Shown: positions 1-12,082 of the stretch, one piece after another | Layout: each line of letters opens with the position of its first letter | Numbering within the stretch: the stretch's first letter is position 1 | DNA from: Lama glama | Taxonomy: Eukaryota | DNA length: 64,000 bases | Direction: 5' to 3' | NCBI GenBank assembly: GCA_028534125.1 | Contig: CM052818.1 | Location: 27,282,001-27,346,000 of the forward strand | Notes under the pieces: model-generated | Told to the model about the DNA's origin: nothing | The model's input: only the letters and a program-made list of their open reading frames with translations | Databases searched by the model: none | Position numbers and translations under genes: made by a program

Positions 1-900
1 GTTGGACTGTTCAGCTCTTCTTCTGGATTACTGTTCCACAGGATAGGAGTTGGGTCTGTTCTCATCAACCCCAGGATCCCCCTGGCTCAATACAGGCACT
101 CCGTAAGTACTTGTAAAACGAATGTCTAAAATGGATATAAATTCATGATCACCGATGAAGAGACCACTCAAAGTGGTTTCTACCAGGAGGATGGGAATAG
201 TCGTGGTTACATAGTAACAGGGGAACATCAAGAGGGTTTGTGTCTAAGTAAAAGAGTGATGATAAAAATATAGCAGGGACTAGCTTACCTCCTAACGACA
301 TAATACATCTGAGCCATATCTCATACTGGAAAAGATGTTGCACCAATTAAGCCTGTCCAATTAACATGGCTGCAAATTACGCCAACGATTCTGTACTAAG
401 ATGGTAATCTCTCAGCAGCAGCAAATAACGTGGCTATCCCTGCAGTCTCATCTGATGCAATTAAAAATATTATCAGTGTGAACCCATAAATTCTGGACAC
501 TAACCACGCCAGTTCTGTGATGACAGAACAATAGATTCTGGCCAGCTGATTAGATAATCCAGTATAAAAAAGTAATAAAATACAAGGGTTTATGTTTTAC
601 TGAGCAGAAATGCTCTAAGAATATACATTTAGAAGGTAAAAGATTACTGATTCAAGGTGAAAACATAGAAGACTGAGCAACAACAAAACTAGGGTGCTGC
701 CAACTTGGTAACTGTATTTATACAAATTAAGCATCTTTTGGAAAAAAGTCATACATTCCCGTGTTAATCAGAATTGCTACTTTAGTTGCAAAATTAGCAA
801 CTTATGTTTAAAAGCCTTGACAAAAATTCCTTGTATTTGTTTCATGACCATAAATTTACCTGCTAAGGCCAGATTATCTGAGGACTGAAAAAAACCAAAA

Positions 901-945
901 GAAAAGAAAAGAAAAGAAAAGAAAAGAAAAGAAAAGAAAAGAAAA
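901..945. repeat. (GAAAA)9 pentanucleotide microsatellite
   Basis: Perfect GAAAA array read directly from the sequence. Confidence 0.95.
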
Positions 946-1474
946 GAATACTCTTTGTACATATGCAGTGCTAGTCACTTACTACTTTTGGATCTTAACT
1001 TATTAAATGTCACCGATTTGAGAAGGTGGGCATTATGCACATTTTAGCAATTCCTCTGTTTAACATTCTCAAAGTATCTTACTGCCCTAATACATTTTGA
1101 ATAATTTTATTTATGTTATTTATCAGTAACTTCTTTCACATTTTATGAAGACAAAGATAACTTTCACACTAGCAAAGTCACTGGGAATACTCTGGTGCAG
1201 CAGGACTGTCTTGAGTTTGAGATGGAGAGTTAAGAAAAAACAAAAAGAGGCAGAAAGAAACGTCTCTCTTTTTGTTCCTGGTCACCTCAAGTGCGAGGCA
1301 CACTGACTGCACAAGTATGTGGTCGACAGGAGGGAATGGACTTCGGAAACAGGCTGCGAGGTCCTCCTGCCTGGCTCCTGGTTATGGGTGTGGCACAGTC
1401 CCACACGGGGCTCAACCAGGCCTGCTGGCCACAGAGTGACAGGCGCAGCCATGGCCTCCCTGCCCGCCGGTTAC

Positions 1475-1690
1475 CTGGACACTGAGGGCAGCAGGAGTCC
1501 TGGGTGCGCGAGGGGTTCTGGCAGAGCAGCGGCGGGCACACCTCCGTCTCACACAGCACCCGGCCGCTGTGGCAGGTGCACTGAGTACAGGTGTCGATGT
1601 GCCACGTTTCTCCCTCCACAAAGTACTCTCCCCCAGGGGCGTGGCAAATGGAGGGGGTGCTGAGCTCTGGCTTCTGCACCACAAAGTCAT
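1475..1690 (-). CDS. CRIM1: CRIM1 coding exon (probably exon 12), 216 nt; vWFC domain 4
   Basis: (D)DFVVQKPELSTPSICHAPGGEYFVEGETWHIDTCTQCTCHSGRVLCETEVCPPLLCQNPSRTQDSCCPQCP. Acceptor ccccag|, donor |gtaacc. Confidence 0.97.
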
Positions 1691-2064
1691 CTGGGGAAAC
1701 GACACAAAACCAAAACGCAAGAAATTATTCATCTGCAGTCTTGTCAGCTCTTGAAGAACACGGTGCTGTGGGCTTTACGGGACAGAGAAGATGAACTGGC
1801 TGTAGAGTCTCTCTCTCTGTTCCTATCAAGAGAACAGGGAAGAAAACATCCCATGCATAGAAATAGAAGGCAGCAGCGGAAGAGCTAGCTTCAGGAAGTG
1901 AGGTTCAAGTGGTTCCAGTTTGTCAACAGTAATGAGAGAACTAAATGAGAGAATTAAATTACAGGGACTCCTACTGTTGAAGAGAACAGGGGCCTCATAG
2001 GGGATGTCTGAGAATGTGTAGGATTGTCTAGAATAAAGATCTCTCATCTACTGAATGCTCGCTA

Positions 2065-2240
2065 TGGTCCAATTTCCATGCTAATGTGCTACTTCCTTTA
2101 TTCCTGACACCAGCCTTGTGAATAGGTACTATTATCCTATTTTGCATATGAGGAAACGGAGAGCTCAGAGTATTCAGGGCAGACAAGAGATTTGAACCCC
2201 TGTCTATGTCTGGATCATGGCTACATCTCCAGATTAAACA
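2065..2240 (-). mobile_element. MIR SINE fragment
   Basis: Reverse MIR core: 'ggtactattatcctattttgcatatgaggaaacggagagctcagag...gatttgaaccc'. Confidence 0.7.
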
Positions 2241-5200
2241 CGATTTCCCACTGATTTGTGCCCCATCCACTCCATTATCTCCGGGACCCTGAGTCCTTTT
2301 AGGCTTAGAAATAAGTCCTGCTGTTCAGCAGGACACACCCCAATCTAGATGAGTTGCCAGCAAACTGAGCAGGAATGCTTTCAGAACCAACAGTCTGAAC
2401 CCTCACCTGAGACTAAACATTTATGTGGCAATACTATCAGGAGAGGTAAACGCTCGGGGGCTGATGATAACTACGAGTTCTTTCCCCAGAGGAGAGGTGA
2501 TCTGGGGCTCCTGCTGAGATGATAATGATAGAGAGGGAATTTGATGTTGAAAATGTCCAGAGAGGTTCTGGGAGTTGCCCTGGAGTCGTGCTGGGGAAAT
2601 GAGAAGCATGAAGGACCACAGTTGTGTCATCCAAATACAACAAGCGTTACCAGAAGGTGTTGACAGTATGGAACCCTGCCGAGAAGCCGTCTGGAGACAC
2701 CACGGCGGGCTCACGCTTGGAGCTCAGTGGAAATCGGGCCCCAGAAGAAAAGAACTGCCCTGTTTGTGTAGAGATGCTCAGAGCTGAAATCTCCCAAGAA
2801 CTCCCGGGCGGTGACTTTCAAAGCAGTGGTCAGCCCGGGAGTCAGCGGTACTGATGAGAGAGCGCTGTGGGCGCATCTCCAGCCAAGAAGGTAACTCTTA
2901 ATACAGCTTTATCTCAAGGGAACTAGTAAGGACTGGAACTTTGACAAGTGGACATATCACAGAAAACCGACATTCGCCAACACTAATACTCATAAGCAAC
3001 TGGAGCAAACTTTCCAGTATATGAGGAAAGTAGGGAGGAAGAGAATTAGAGTGAAAACTGAGCTGGGATGAGATAAAAGTGCGTTTCTCATGGTTTACAG
3101 AAAAAGAAAAAATTGTTCCAAAGAGCATCAGTAAACTCATGTTGGAAAAAGCCTCCCTTCTGAAAGCAACAGGCTTCCAAAAGGACCTGGAGAGGGTTGA
3201 CAATTGCTGTCCTTAAAAACGCTGACACATAGGAAAGTGGCCAGAAGAAAAACAATGTGTGTCTGCAGGTGTCTCACCTTGCAAATTCCTTTGCTATATA
3301 TACTGTGTGCCTCAAGGCAAAAACATGAGTGACCAGAAAGACGGAGGTGACAGGAAAACTGAAAGGCAGAGGGTGAGAAAGACAGGGGAAAAAATCTGAG
3401 AAACAGTATCATTTGGTGAATCTTCTATCAGAAGAGTTCCTGGGCTCACTTACCCCAGGAAAAAACAAAAAACAAAAAAGCAGCTAATCCTTGGATGTAA
3501 GAGGAGAGAAAGCATTCTTTAAAGTAGCAGTCCATAAATGTAACAGTAACAGTGCTGGGGAGAGGGGGTGTCCATTCAGAAGACTCCATATGTGGCAACT
3601 CCCTGAAGATTTTGGAAACAATAAACCTACACATCCATATACATCAATACATGTATGCTTTTATACCTGTACATCTAGATATTCATACAGCCACAATACA
3701 TCAATAACTTTGCGTGTCTGCAGCAGAACTTTCCATATCTCTGTAACAGAGAATACTAGATTGGATTTCACTGTCTTCCAGTGTTTAAGCCAATCATCTG
3801 TTCTGAGTAATAGCTTTGCATTTCCCCCAGTTGGACTCAGAGTTTCACGGAGAACATGGTTTAGCAAAGACCCAGGTGCAAGCCACACTCTACACACGCA
3901 TGCCTATAATTAAAGCATGGGGTCTTCACTGGAACAAATGATTTTTCCTTCCCCAAAGAGTCAACACAGAGTTCTGTCTCATTATATTGTTCACTCATCT
4001 TCTGTTTCAGTGGTGTAACACTGTAACACTGTGGTTACTCATATTTAAGTAGCAAAACATGTGAAAAAGGAAACAGTTTTGGGCTTCACTATGAGGAAAC
4101 AAAATAAAACAAAACAGAACAAACACTGTCATCTTGTAGTCTGATCCTCTGCAGGGTGTGGGGCCTGCCTGTCATTTGATACCTTAGTTACTGAGATGTG
4201 TAGAATCTCAGGGCTGAACAAGACTTCAGGTGTCCCCCCCTCCCCCCGCCACCAACCCCACCCTGTGGGCAGAGCAGGTGCAGGCTGGCCAGCATGTGGC
4301 ACAGCTTCCCTTCCAGGCTGGGCCTGCCTTCCCGCAAGAGGCCCTGGCCTCAGGTCCTGACTGCACCCGCTGCACAGGTGGGGCTACAGAAGCAGGACTG
4401 ACCAGAGGAAATATCATCACTACTCCAAAATCAAACAGCATCTTCCAACTTTAAAAGAAATCTATGTCAGAACCAGGAGACTTCACTTCTCCCTGGCTTT
4501 CCAGCTGACATGCTATTTTAATTTGGGTGAGAGAGTTAATTTTTCTGTGTCTGTTTTCCAAACGAAAAACTGCCTAAATGTATATTTCCCTAACTCAGTG
4601 CCTAGCACAGAGGAAGAAATAACTATAAAACTGTGCTGAGTTCTTTGGATGAAAGGCACTAGACGATGTATTATGGTAATAAATACTGTTACTGACAACC
4701 ACAGCTTGAATCCCTATGACTTATAAATCTGTTCTGCACTTCTACTAACTTACCTTGATTACCACAATTGTGATTTTAAATGTTTTGGATGTGTGGTCAC
4801 TCTAAATGTCTCCATTTAGCAACACTGCTACATATCCATTAATTAAAACAAAAATGCAATAGCCACAGACTACGATAATTCTCTCCCTCTCAAATAATTA
4901 CTTTGTAAATAATAAGCTTTCAGGGAATAAAATGAGCATCAAGCCCCTCCAATTAACTAAGACACTCAGCCTTAATATACCATCCACACAACGGAGAGCT
5001 GGATTTTCAGTGCAGAAGCCCACAAACTGTTACACAAATGTAGTTCAAAGCCCAATATAATTGAGTAAACCATTCGACAGGAGGAGAGTGGTTTCAGAAC
5101 TTTAGAATATTCTCTGGTCTCTGGTTAATCATTTACAGCGCCTGGCCGACAGTGTGGCCACGTGGACAAAAACCAGAAAGCTGAAATGTGTTCCAGGGGC

Positions 5201-5263
5201 CGCCTCCTGCACCTCCCCGAGGGTTACAGGCAGAAGTCATTTGCTGAGCGAGCCAGCTTTTAC

Positions 5264-5473
5264 CTGAACATGACGGGCAGCACTGTCCTGGGTGGATGGT
5301 GGGGTTGCTACAGGCAGGCACCGGGCAGGTGATCAGAGCACACATTTCTCGTCCATTGTGACAGTAGCATTCCCGGCAGCCATCATGCCAGCTTTCCTCA
5401 TTTTTATGATGACGGCCATCCATGGACAGACACGTGCCCGACAGGACGGGTGGCCCCGCGGAGGCAGGGACCT
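5264..5473 (-). CDS. CRIM1: CRIM1 coding exon (probably exon 11), 210 nt; vWFC domain 3
   Basis: (E)VPASAGPPVLSGTCLSMDGRHHKNEESWHDGCRECYCHNGREMCALITCPVPACSNPTIHPGQCCPSCS. Acceptor gtccag|, donor |gtaaaa. Confidence 0.97.
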
Positions 5474-6604
5474 CTGGACAGACAGAAGGCAGCCTGGTAA
5501 AGGAGCAGCTATTGCACACAAAAACAGCCTGCAGTGTCTTTCAGGTTCCACTACCCAGCCACCCAAAATCCCATCCACACAGCACAGTTCACAACATGGC
5601 ATAGGATCACGAAAAGAATTTAAGTTAATATGTCCTCAATTTTTAAAATAGAAAAAGATAGAAAAAAATTTGCAAATACGTTTTTCTCCAATTGGTGGGA
5701 TTATAGCTGATTTTTACTCCTTTCGTTCTAGGTCCTCCTATTATATACAATGAACAAGCACTGGTCCGTTTCATAGCACATGTTACAGACATTTAATATG
5801 TGCAGAATAATCACTCTAGAAATCATCCAATGGGGAAACCCTGGGCCCCTTGCAAACTAACAGATTTTTTTGTTCAGCAGAAAAATTGAAGCAGTGACTA
5901 GATTTCTGTTTCTCTGACCCCTTAAAAACACCATTAACTGTCCAACTCTGAAAAAACATGGAACAAGCTTTATGGATCTTTCACTGTTTCATCTGTGGCT
6001 CATGCTGACAACTACAACCTAGCGGGCAGCCGGGGTAAGGGCAGAAGCGGCGGGCACGGCACGGCGTGTGCTCACACAGCTTCAGAAATGTCCCTGGAGC
6101 AGGAAGTCCTAGGCAAAAGGCATATCCAGGATTTGCACCCACACACAACTGCAGGCTGCATGTGCTCATTCAGCAAAAGTCTAAATTCTCAGGGAAAACT
6201 GTGTTAGCCAGAAAATAAATACACAAGCAGATTGTTTAGCCTCACCCACCCTGAGAGGGCTCTGAAAAGGGATCTTTGCCGTTATCAACTGTCTCAATCC
6301 ACTGCTGGACAGAGACTCTATGGAGGTCAAGGTCAAGGTGCTTTAGGCTAAAGTTCTCAAGACAAGTAAAACTGAAGAGCTAAGAAGTGATTCATTTTGG
6401 TCCATGTGTTGCCTGTTACTTTCAATTCCATTCTGAGCTTCTATTCCAGAGAGGAAAGGACAAAGGATGGTCCCCTAGAGAGTGACAGTGGTGTCAGAAG
6501 ACACAGCAATCACTGAAACTGTTTCATTACAGGTTGCCCGTCTGTTCTCCGTTTCTGTGCCTCTGGTTGCCTTGAGTGGGGAAGGGGAGCGTGCTGGCAC
6601 TTAC

Positions 6605-6726
6605 CTCTGCACTTGCAGGTAAGACAGCCATGACTGTCCTGCTGGAAACCCAAGGGGCAGATTTTACTGCATGGGAGCTCTGGGCACTTCTTACAGCGAC
6701 AGATGTCACAGCCGTGCTTATTCTTC
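6605..6726 (-). CDS. CRIM1: CRIM1 coding exon (probably exon 10), 122 nt; antistasin-like repeats 3-4 (correct frame absent from ORF track)
   Basis: Hand translation: (L)KNKHGCDICRCKKCPELPCSKICPLGFQQDSHGCLTCKCR(E). Acceptor acccag|, donor G|gtaagt. Phase 2 to phase 1 complements the 157-nt exon. Confidence 0.96.
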
Positions 6727-8978
6727 CTGGGTAATTAAAATTTTGTCAGCGGTCAGAAAATCCAAGTCTCAAAGGATGCCCCAGTGCTCAGACCAAGGGT
6801 CACTGAAGTGATATCGTCATGAAGCAGAATAACTTGACTTTTTGCTCTCAAAAACCCCTGGAGTGATGCGTCACAGCTCCCTGTGGCCGTGACCACCACC
6901 CCCTCCACGGCCAAGGTCTGAACTGTCCAAGCACTTAAGTGTTTCTAGGATGTGACTGTCAGAATCCTAAGGAAGTGACTGTTGATTTAATTAGGAAATG
7001 TGGTACACAAAGATGCCTGTGCAGTTCTGTCAAGAGGAAGGTGAAGAGTACACTGCTGGTCAGTGCTGAAGGCCAGCAAGAGGGGCAGAAGTCCTTCTTT
7101 GTCAGGGCCACAGACTTCCTCACACAGCCACATTCTCTTGAGAAATTCCAGACACCAGTGAAAAATTAACTGAACCTTAAAGCAGACAGAAGGCGAACTT
7201 GCAGATCTACAGACCTGGGAACACTGTACAAATGTTGATGAAGAATAAAACCTCTGAGAAACCCTGCTGTCAATGTCCAGTAATTACTTCATTAAGTCAG
7301 AAAACAATACTAACTAAAAAATACCCCACCGACAGGGCAGGGCCGAAGCACAGAGGATAAAGGGAAAAGGCTGGATGAACTTCTTTTTTTCCTTTAATAA
7401 ACCAGAGTGCCTAAATTTTGTGAACACTAGGGTCAACATATTTCTGTCAATATATAGGAGAAAAATGAATTGAACGAATCGCTCATACTCACGTCATTTT
7501 TCAAGATCTACCACCAAGGCTTTATGGATTGGTCTGTTTATTCATTTATTCACCCATCCATCCCTCTCCCCCTCCCCACCTCCCTTCTGTAAGCATTTGC
7601 TGCACAAATACAGTAATGGCCCACTCAGCAGGTGTGTACGAGGGACATCAATGGCTGTCTTCATCCTAACACCCCCATGTGGCGTCTGGCCAAGATCTCT
7701 CCTTCAGAGGCTGCCCTTGAAACACATGTTCCAGCTGAGGCAGTATTCATTTGCCCACGACAGTCAACTTGGTCCTGCCTGAAGTTGCTTACCGACAGGA
7801 ATACAAAGTGGAATCTACAATCCTCTAAGAGATGTTTCTCCAAGATGAAGGTTGGACTTGAATGCAGCCTTGGTTCTGAACTGTCATAATGGGGCAAGTG
7901 GTTATGGCTACTATTATGATAACATGTCACTCTACATAAGCAGTTAAACTAAGAAATAACTATACTTTGTTGGTATCATAATCATATTTTAGGATTAAGA
8001 ACAATGATGATTTATTAGTTTAACTGGGGAATTTTTAAGAATAATGTTCTAGACTTAATTACCCGGTTAAAATTAGAATTAAGCCACCCCCTCCATTCCC
8101 GCTAAACTAGAATTTCCGAAGAAGAATAAAAACAATGAGTTTGAGAAGATGGGCAGGAGATGGCAGCTTCTAAGTCTCTCATAACTACTAGCGCTGTATA
8201 AACATATCAAGTCAGAAAGGCACAAAGACCAACATGGAAGGGAACCAAGGCAGAAATGATAAAGCAAAGACTCTGAAAGGTTGTTTCTAAGGGACTAACT
8301 TGACGTACAGACAGAAGTAGATGCTAATACAGACATGACAGTTACCGACCTGAAGTGTCTACTTCCCTCCAGAATAATCTGGATTTTCATGGAGCAAATC
8401 AATATTCAATAAACAGTGTTTGAAAATACAAGTCATAGTCCTTATCTCCAAGGAAATTCATAAAATCTACTGCTATTTAAAGAAAGAATATTATAAATAG
8501 TAGATAAGCATTAAGGTTAAGATGAGGAGGCAAGGCAGCTAAGGATGCTCTGTGTTGGAAGGAGTGGCTGTTGACTAATCTTAAAAGTATGGATTGAGTA
8601 ATTTATCACAGAATAGTCCCTGGGATAGTTGTGCAAAAAGCACTTACAACACTGGGACCTCATGACAGTTCCATTCCCCCAGGCAGTGTCCAAAGGCCCT
8701 GGCTATGGGGCAATCTCACCCAACAGGCCTGAAGGGCAGTGTCATAACAAGTCTCTGGCTCATCTTCAAGAAAGAGTAAACCCTGATTCTCATCTCTGGA
8801 AATAACCTCCTTTCCCTGCCTTCTGATTCCTCTAACAAAACAAGTATAGATATTCTGGACTCAGTACACCCCTGATTCACACACATACACACACTAAAGA
8901 GCCCAAAAAATAGGTAATGGGTGTTTCATCAAGTCACACATAACTAAAAATAGAGCTTCTGAATCAAGAAATACGCAC

Positions 8979-9135
8979 AGGTATCCAAACGGACAATACT
9001 TGTCACAGATGATGGGTCTGCACTTCTTGGGGCGTGGGCGGCACTGACAGATCTCACAGTTGTGGGCATCGGTGAGGAAGCCAAAGGGGCAGTCCAGGGT
9101 GCAGCCTCGTCTGAGGCCCGTGCAAAGCTCCTCCC
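8979..9135 (-). CDS. CRIM1: CRIM1 coding exon (probably exon 9), 157 nt; antistasin-like repeats 2-3
   Basis: (R)EELCTGLRRGCTLDCPFGFLTDAHNCEICQCRPRPKKCRPIICDKYCPFGY(L). Acceptor ttgcag|, donor CT|gtgcgt. Confidence 0.96.
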
Positions 9136-10044
9136 CTGCAAAGACACACGGACAGCATGATGCTTCTGCAGATGCCGGAACAGGACACACCGGCACGTCA
9201 ACACCGTCCCCTGACCTTCTGACCTCCCGTGGGTGGAAGCTTCTCAGCTCCACTGCCACAGCATCAGCAGCGGTTAAAAATTATAGACTGTGCTCTTTCA
9301 TGGTTTTCAGCACATAACTTCGTGTGTTGGTACTAACAGACAAAATAAAGTCCAACTCCAAAAAATAGATCTCTGATGTGTATGTCCATCTAGGGCTGAA
9401 GAGTGGATTCTAATTACTATTTGAGATGCGGGTGAAATTTCTTCTGAGTGCATTTCTTTGGGGAATTTGTTTCTTATCAGTCACCCCAAACTAGTGATTA
9501 CCAATTATTATTCAAATGTGAGAACTGGAAACTTACACCCCAAATTTCGTTATGTGTTTGTTTCTACCACATGGCCACGACAAGCACTTTCTTAAATGCT
9601 GACATGTTACTTTCACGAGTTTTTAGATGTTACCATATGATACTGCACACCACATGCAGCATAATGGATTGCTTACCTTTCCTTTAATAGGTATATCTCT
9701 CAAGACATAATAGAAAGTGAAACATTCAGTGTTTCAATTAGACATTTTTTCCCTACCACTGACAAATATCCAGGTATCTGGATATACTTAGTTAACTGAC
9801 TAAAAAATGTATGTGCCAAAGAATACCTAGATTAGTGTTTAACTATGCACTATTTGAAATGTTCAAACTCTCCCCTGCTAGCAGAATCTGGAGTGATATT
9901 TAACTGTCCTCTGTTAGTCAGTTATAACTTATTATTTTAGCAGAACAAAAGGAAAGAAATGGTGGCTGGCACAAGAAACTTCTATTAGCTTAACAGAGAG
10001 TCTTCTAAAGAAACTTTATTTGTTTTTCAAATTTTTAACTTAAA

Positions 10045-10193
10045 ATTTTTTTCTTAATTTTTTTGGGGGGAGGTGATTAGGTTTAATTTTAGATTTATTT
10101 ATTCATTTGTTTTAATGGGAGTACTGAGGATTGAACTCAGGACCTCATGCATGCCAAGCAAGCACTCTACCACTGAGCTATATACCCTCCTCC
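10045..10193 (-). mobile_element. tRNA-derived SINE resembling camelid vic-1
   Basis: Minus strand reads GGAGGGTATATAGCTCAGTGGTAGAGTGC...GAGGTCCTGAGTTCAATCCTCAGTACTCCC, then an AT-rich spacer, CCTAATCACCTCCCCCC and an A-rich tail. Pol III A-box and B-box are visible. A second copy is at 28506-29787. Confidence 0.85.
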
Positions 10194-11691
10194 TTTAAAA
10201 AAATTTTAAAAGGTGCAATGTAGGGCATAACAGAGTAGTAAAGACAATAAAAATGTTAAGGTAAACAGAAAAAGCATGCTTGGTGAGGTAACTAAAGCAA
10301 AGTGAAACTTGTTTAAGTTAAATGCAGAGTTTGAAAGATAATCCAATTTACAGAAGTAGATATGATGATGGCAAAAGCATGGCAATGTCTGGTTACTGTT
10401 CTGCACGGACTGGTAAGATGCGAAGCAGAAACTATTTTTGTTGGAATAACAAATGAATCTTTATTTTACTGGGACATCCTTTAAGCATTAAATATTATAA
10501 ATACTGCATAAGTTACTAGTAGGAACAGAACACATTTGTCTTCTCCACACACAAATCTTATAGTCTAAAATTAAACCTTAACTACAATTAATAGGTGAGA
10601 TGTGCTTATGTTTTACATAAACATTTTAAGATAGCATCTTTTGTGAATCTTAGCTGGCAATATTTACATATTTAACTTGCTATCTTTTAAAAAGGAAAAT
10701 GTGATTTATGGTGTAATTTTCTACTTTGTTATCATCATAAACCTTTCATTACACGTATTTAACATAACCTCATGGGTCTATATCACACCGTGAAGCAACT
10801 GATTACTCATTTGCATTCTGAAAAGCGAAATTCTAAATGGCTCATTTAAAAATTTGTAATTATGTGATTTGAAAGGTCATCATTTTTCCATCTTTTTCCC
10901 ATTATTAAGGGGATGATGGAGGGAGAAGACTTTCAAAGCCATGTTTCCTTCTCTGACACTGAGAGCTAGGTTGCAAATCCATTTTCCTATTGCAAAAATT
11001 GTTGAGTCGACACACCAAGTAGATTACATTGGGAAATAGATGAATTAAAAACACTCTGAGAACTTCTCTACTTGAGTCAACATCCCTGGGGATTAAATTC
11101 CTTGAAACTTGAAATCTGAGCATCTGTGTGCCTTTATTTTTCTGGTCCTGTGAAAAAGGAGTTTTTGCATAGACCTTAATCTAGAATGGCATTCACCCTT
11201 AACAAAAGCTAGCTGTTCCATCACTAAGTTTAATACATTTGATAGAAACTAAGTTTGTCTTCAACTCCCTATGCTTTGCAGTGAAAGGGAACTTCAAGCA
11301 AAGGCTGCTATGTTTCAGCAAAAATATAGGGCATTTGTAGATCTCAGATTGGCTGTGACACCTCAGGCAGGCTGCCCCAGTGCTGCCCTGCCTTGGGACT
11401 GCTCACGGGCATGCCATCCCGTTTCTCTTTCCCAGCAGAAAGGAGTTCTAGGGCAGGGACCAGTGTTCAGCGTGGAGTGAGTGCTCAATAAATATTTGCT
11501 GAATGAATGAACCAGTCAATTTTCTTGCTATTTACTCCTCCACTCTCATCAGACTGCCATATTAACAGAAAAATAGTAGGATGAAAAAACTTACTCTGCT
11601 AGCACTGAAAAATGTTCAAAACACTGGCACTTGCTAACTATATCCAAACACCATCACCTAGCTCAGAAACAGAGAACATTGAAGATTTTAA

Positions 11692-11828
11692 ATCTCTAAT
11701 GAAAAACGTGAAAATGAATATATGTATGTATATGTATGACTGAATTATTATACTGTACACCAGAAATTGACACACTATAAACTGACTATACTTCAATTAA
11801 AAAAAAGGTCATTTCAGGTAAAAAAAAA
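11692..11828 (+). mobile_element. 5'-truncated L1 3'-terminal fragment with TSD
   Basis: Homologous to 29570-29680 (ctgtacaccagaaattgacaca...ttcaattaaaaaaa). TSD aagattttaa at 11682-11691 and 11829-11838. Confidence 0.85.
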
Positions 11829-11932
11829 AAGATTTTAAGACAGTCCTAGGTCCATGTATCGATTACAGACTTTTCTTCAAAAATATCAAGGCAAACATTT
11901 ACATAAAGCAGAATAGATTAGAAACATCTATT

Positions 11933-12082
11933 CAAATACATGCACGTATATGTATATACTGAAACATGATGCTGTACACCAGAAACTGACATATCGTAAA
12001 TTGACTGACAATACTTCAATTAAAAATAAAAGACAAAAAAAATTTACAGAAATAAATAATTATTAAGTTAAAAAAAAAGGAG
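11933..12082 (+). mobile_element. second 5'-truncated L1 3'-terminal fragment
   Basis: gctgtacaccagaaactgaca...tacttcaattaaaaa followed by an A-rich tail. Candidate TSD agaaacat at 11920-11927 and 12083-12090. Confidence 0.75.

Noticed and set aside
777..962. Hydrophobic F/S/L-rich ORF
   Set aside because: It is a translation of the (GAAAA)n microsatellite.
1287..1794. Stack of overlapping ORFs around the vWFC4 exon, with similar stacks at 5133-5651 and 8894-9317
   Set aside because: These are shadow frames of GC-rich coding exons. Only the splice-bounded minus-strand frame is CRIM1, and the ORF-track start and stop extensions are intronic.
10115..10190. tRNA gene
   Set aside because: It has A and B boxes, but I could not form a proper acceptor stem. 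It continues into a SINE-type AT-rich tail and has a second copy in the window, so it is a SINE.
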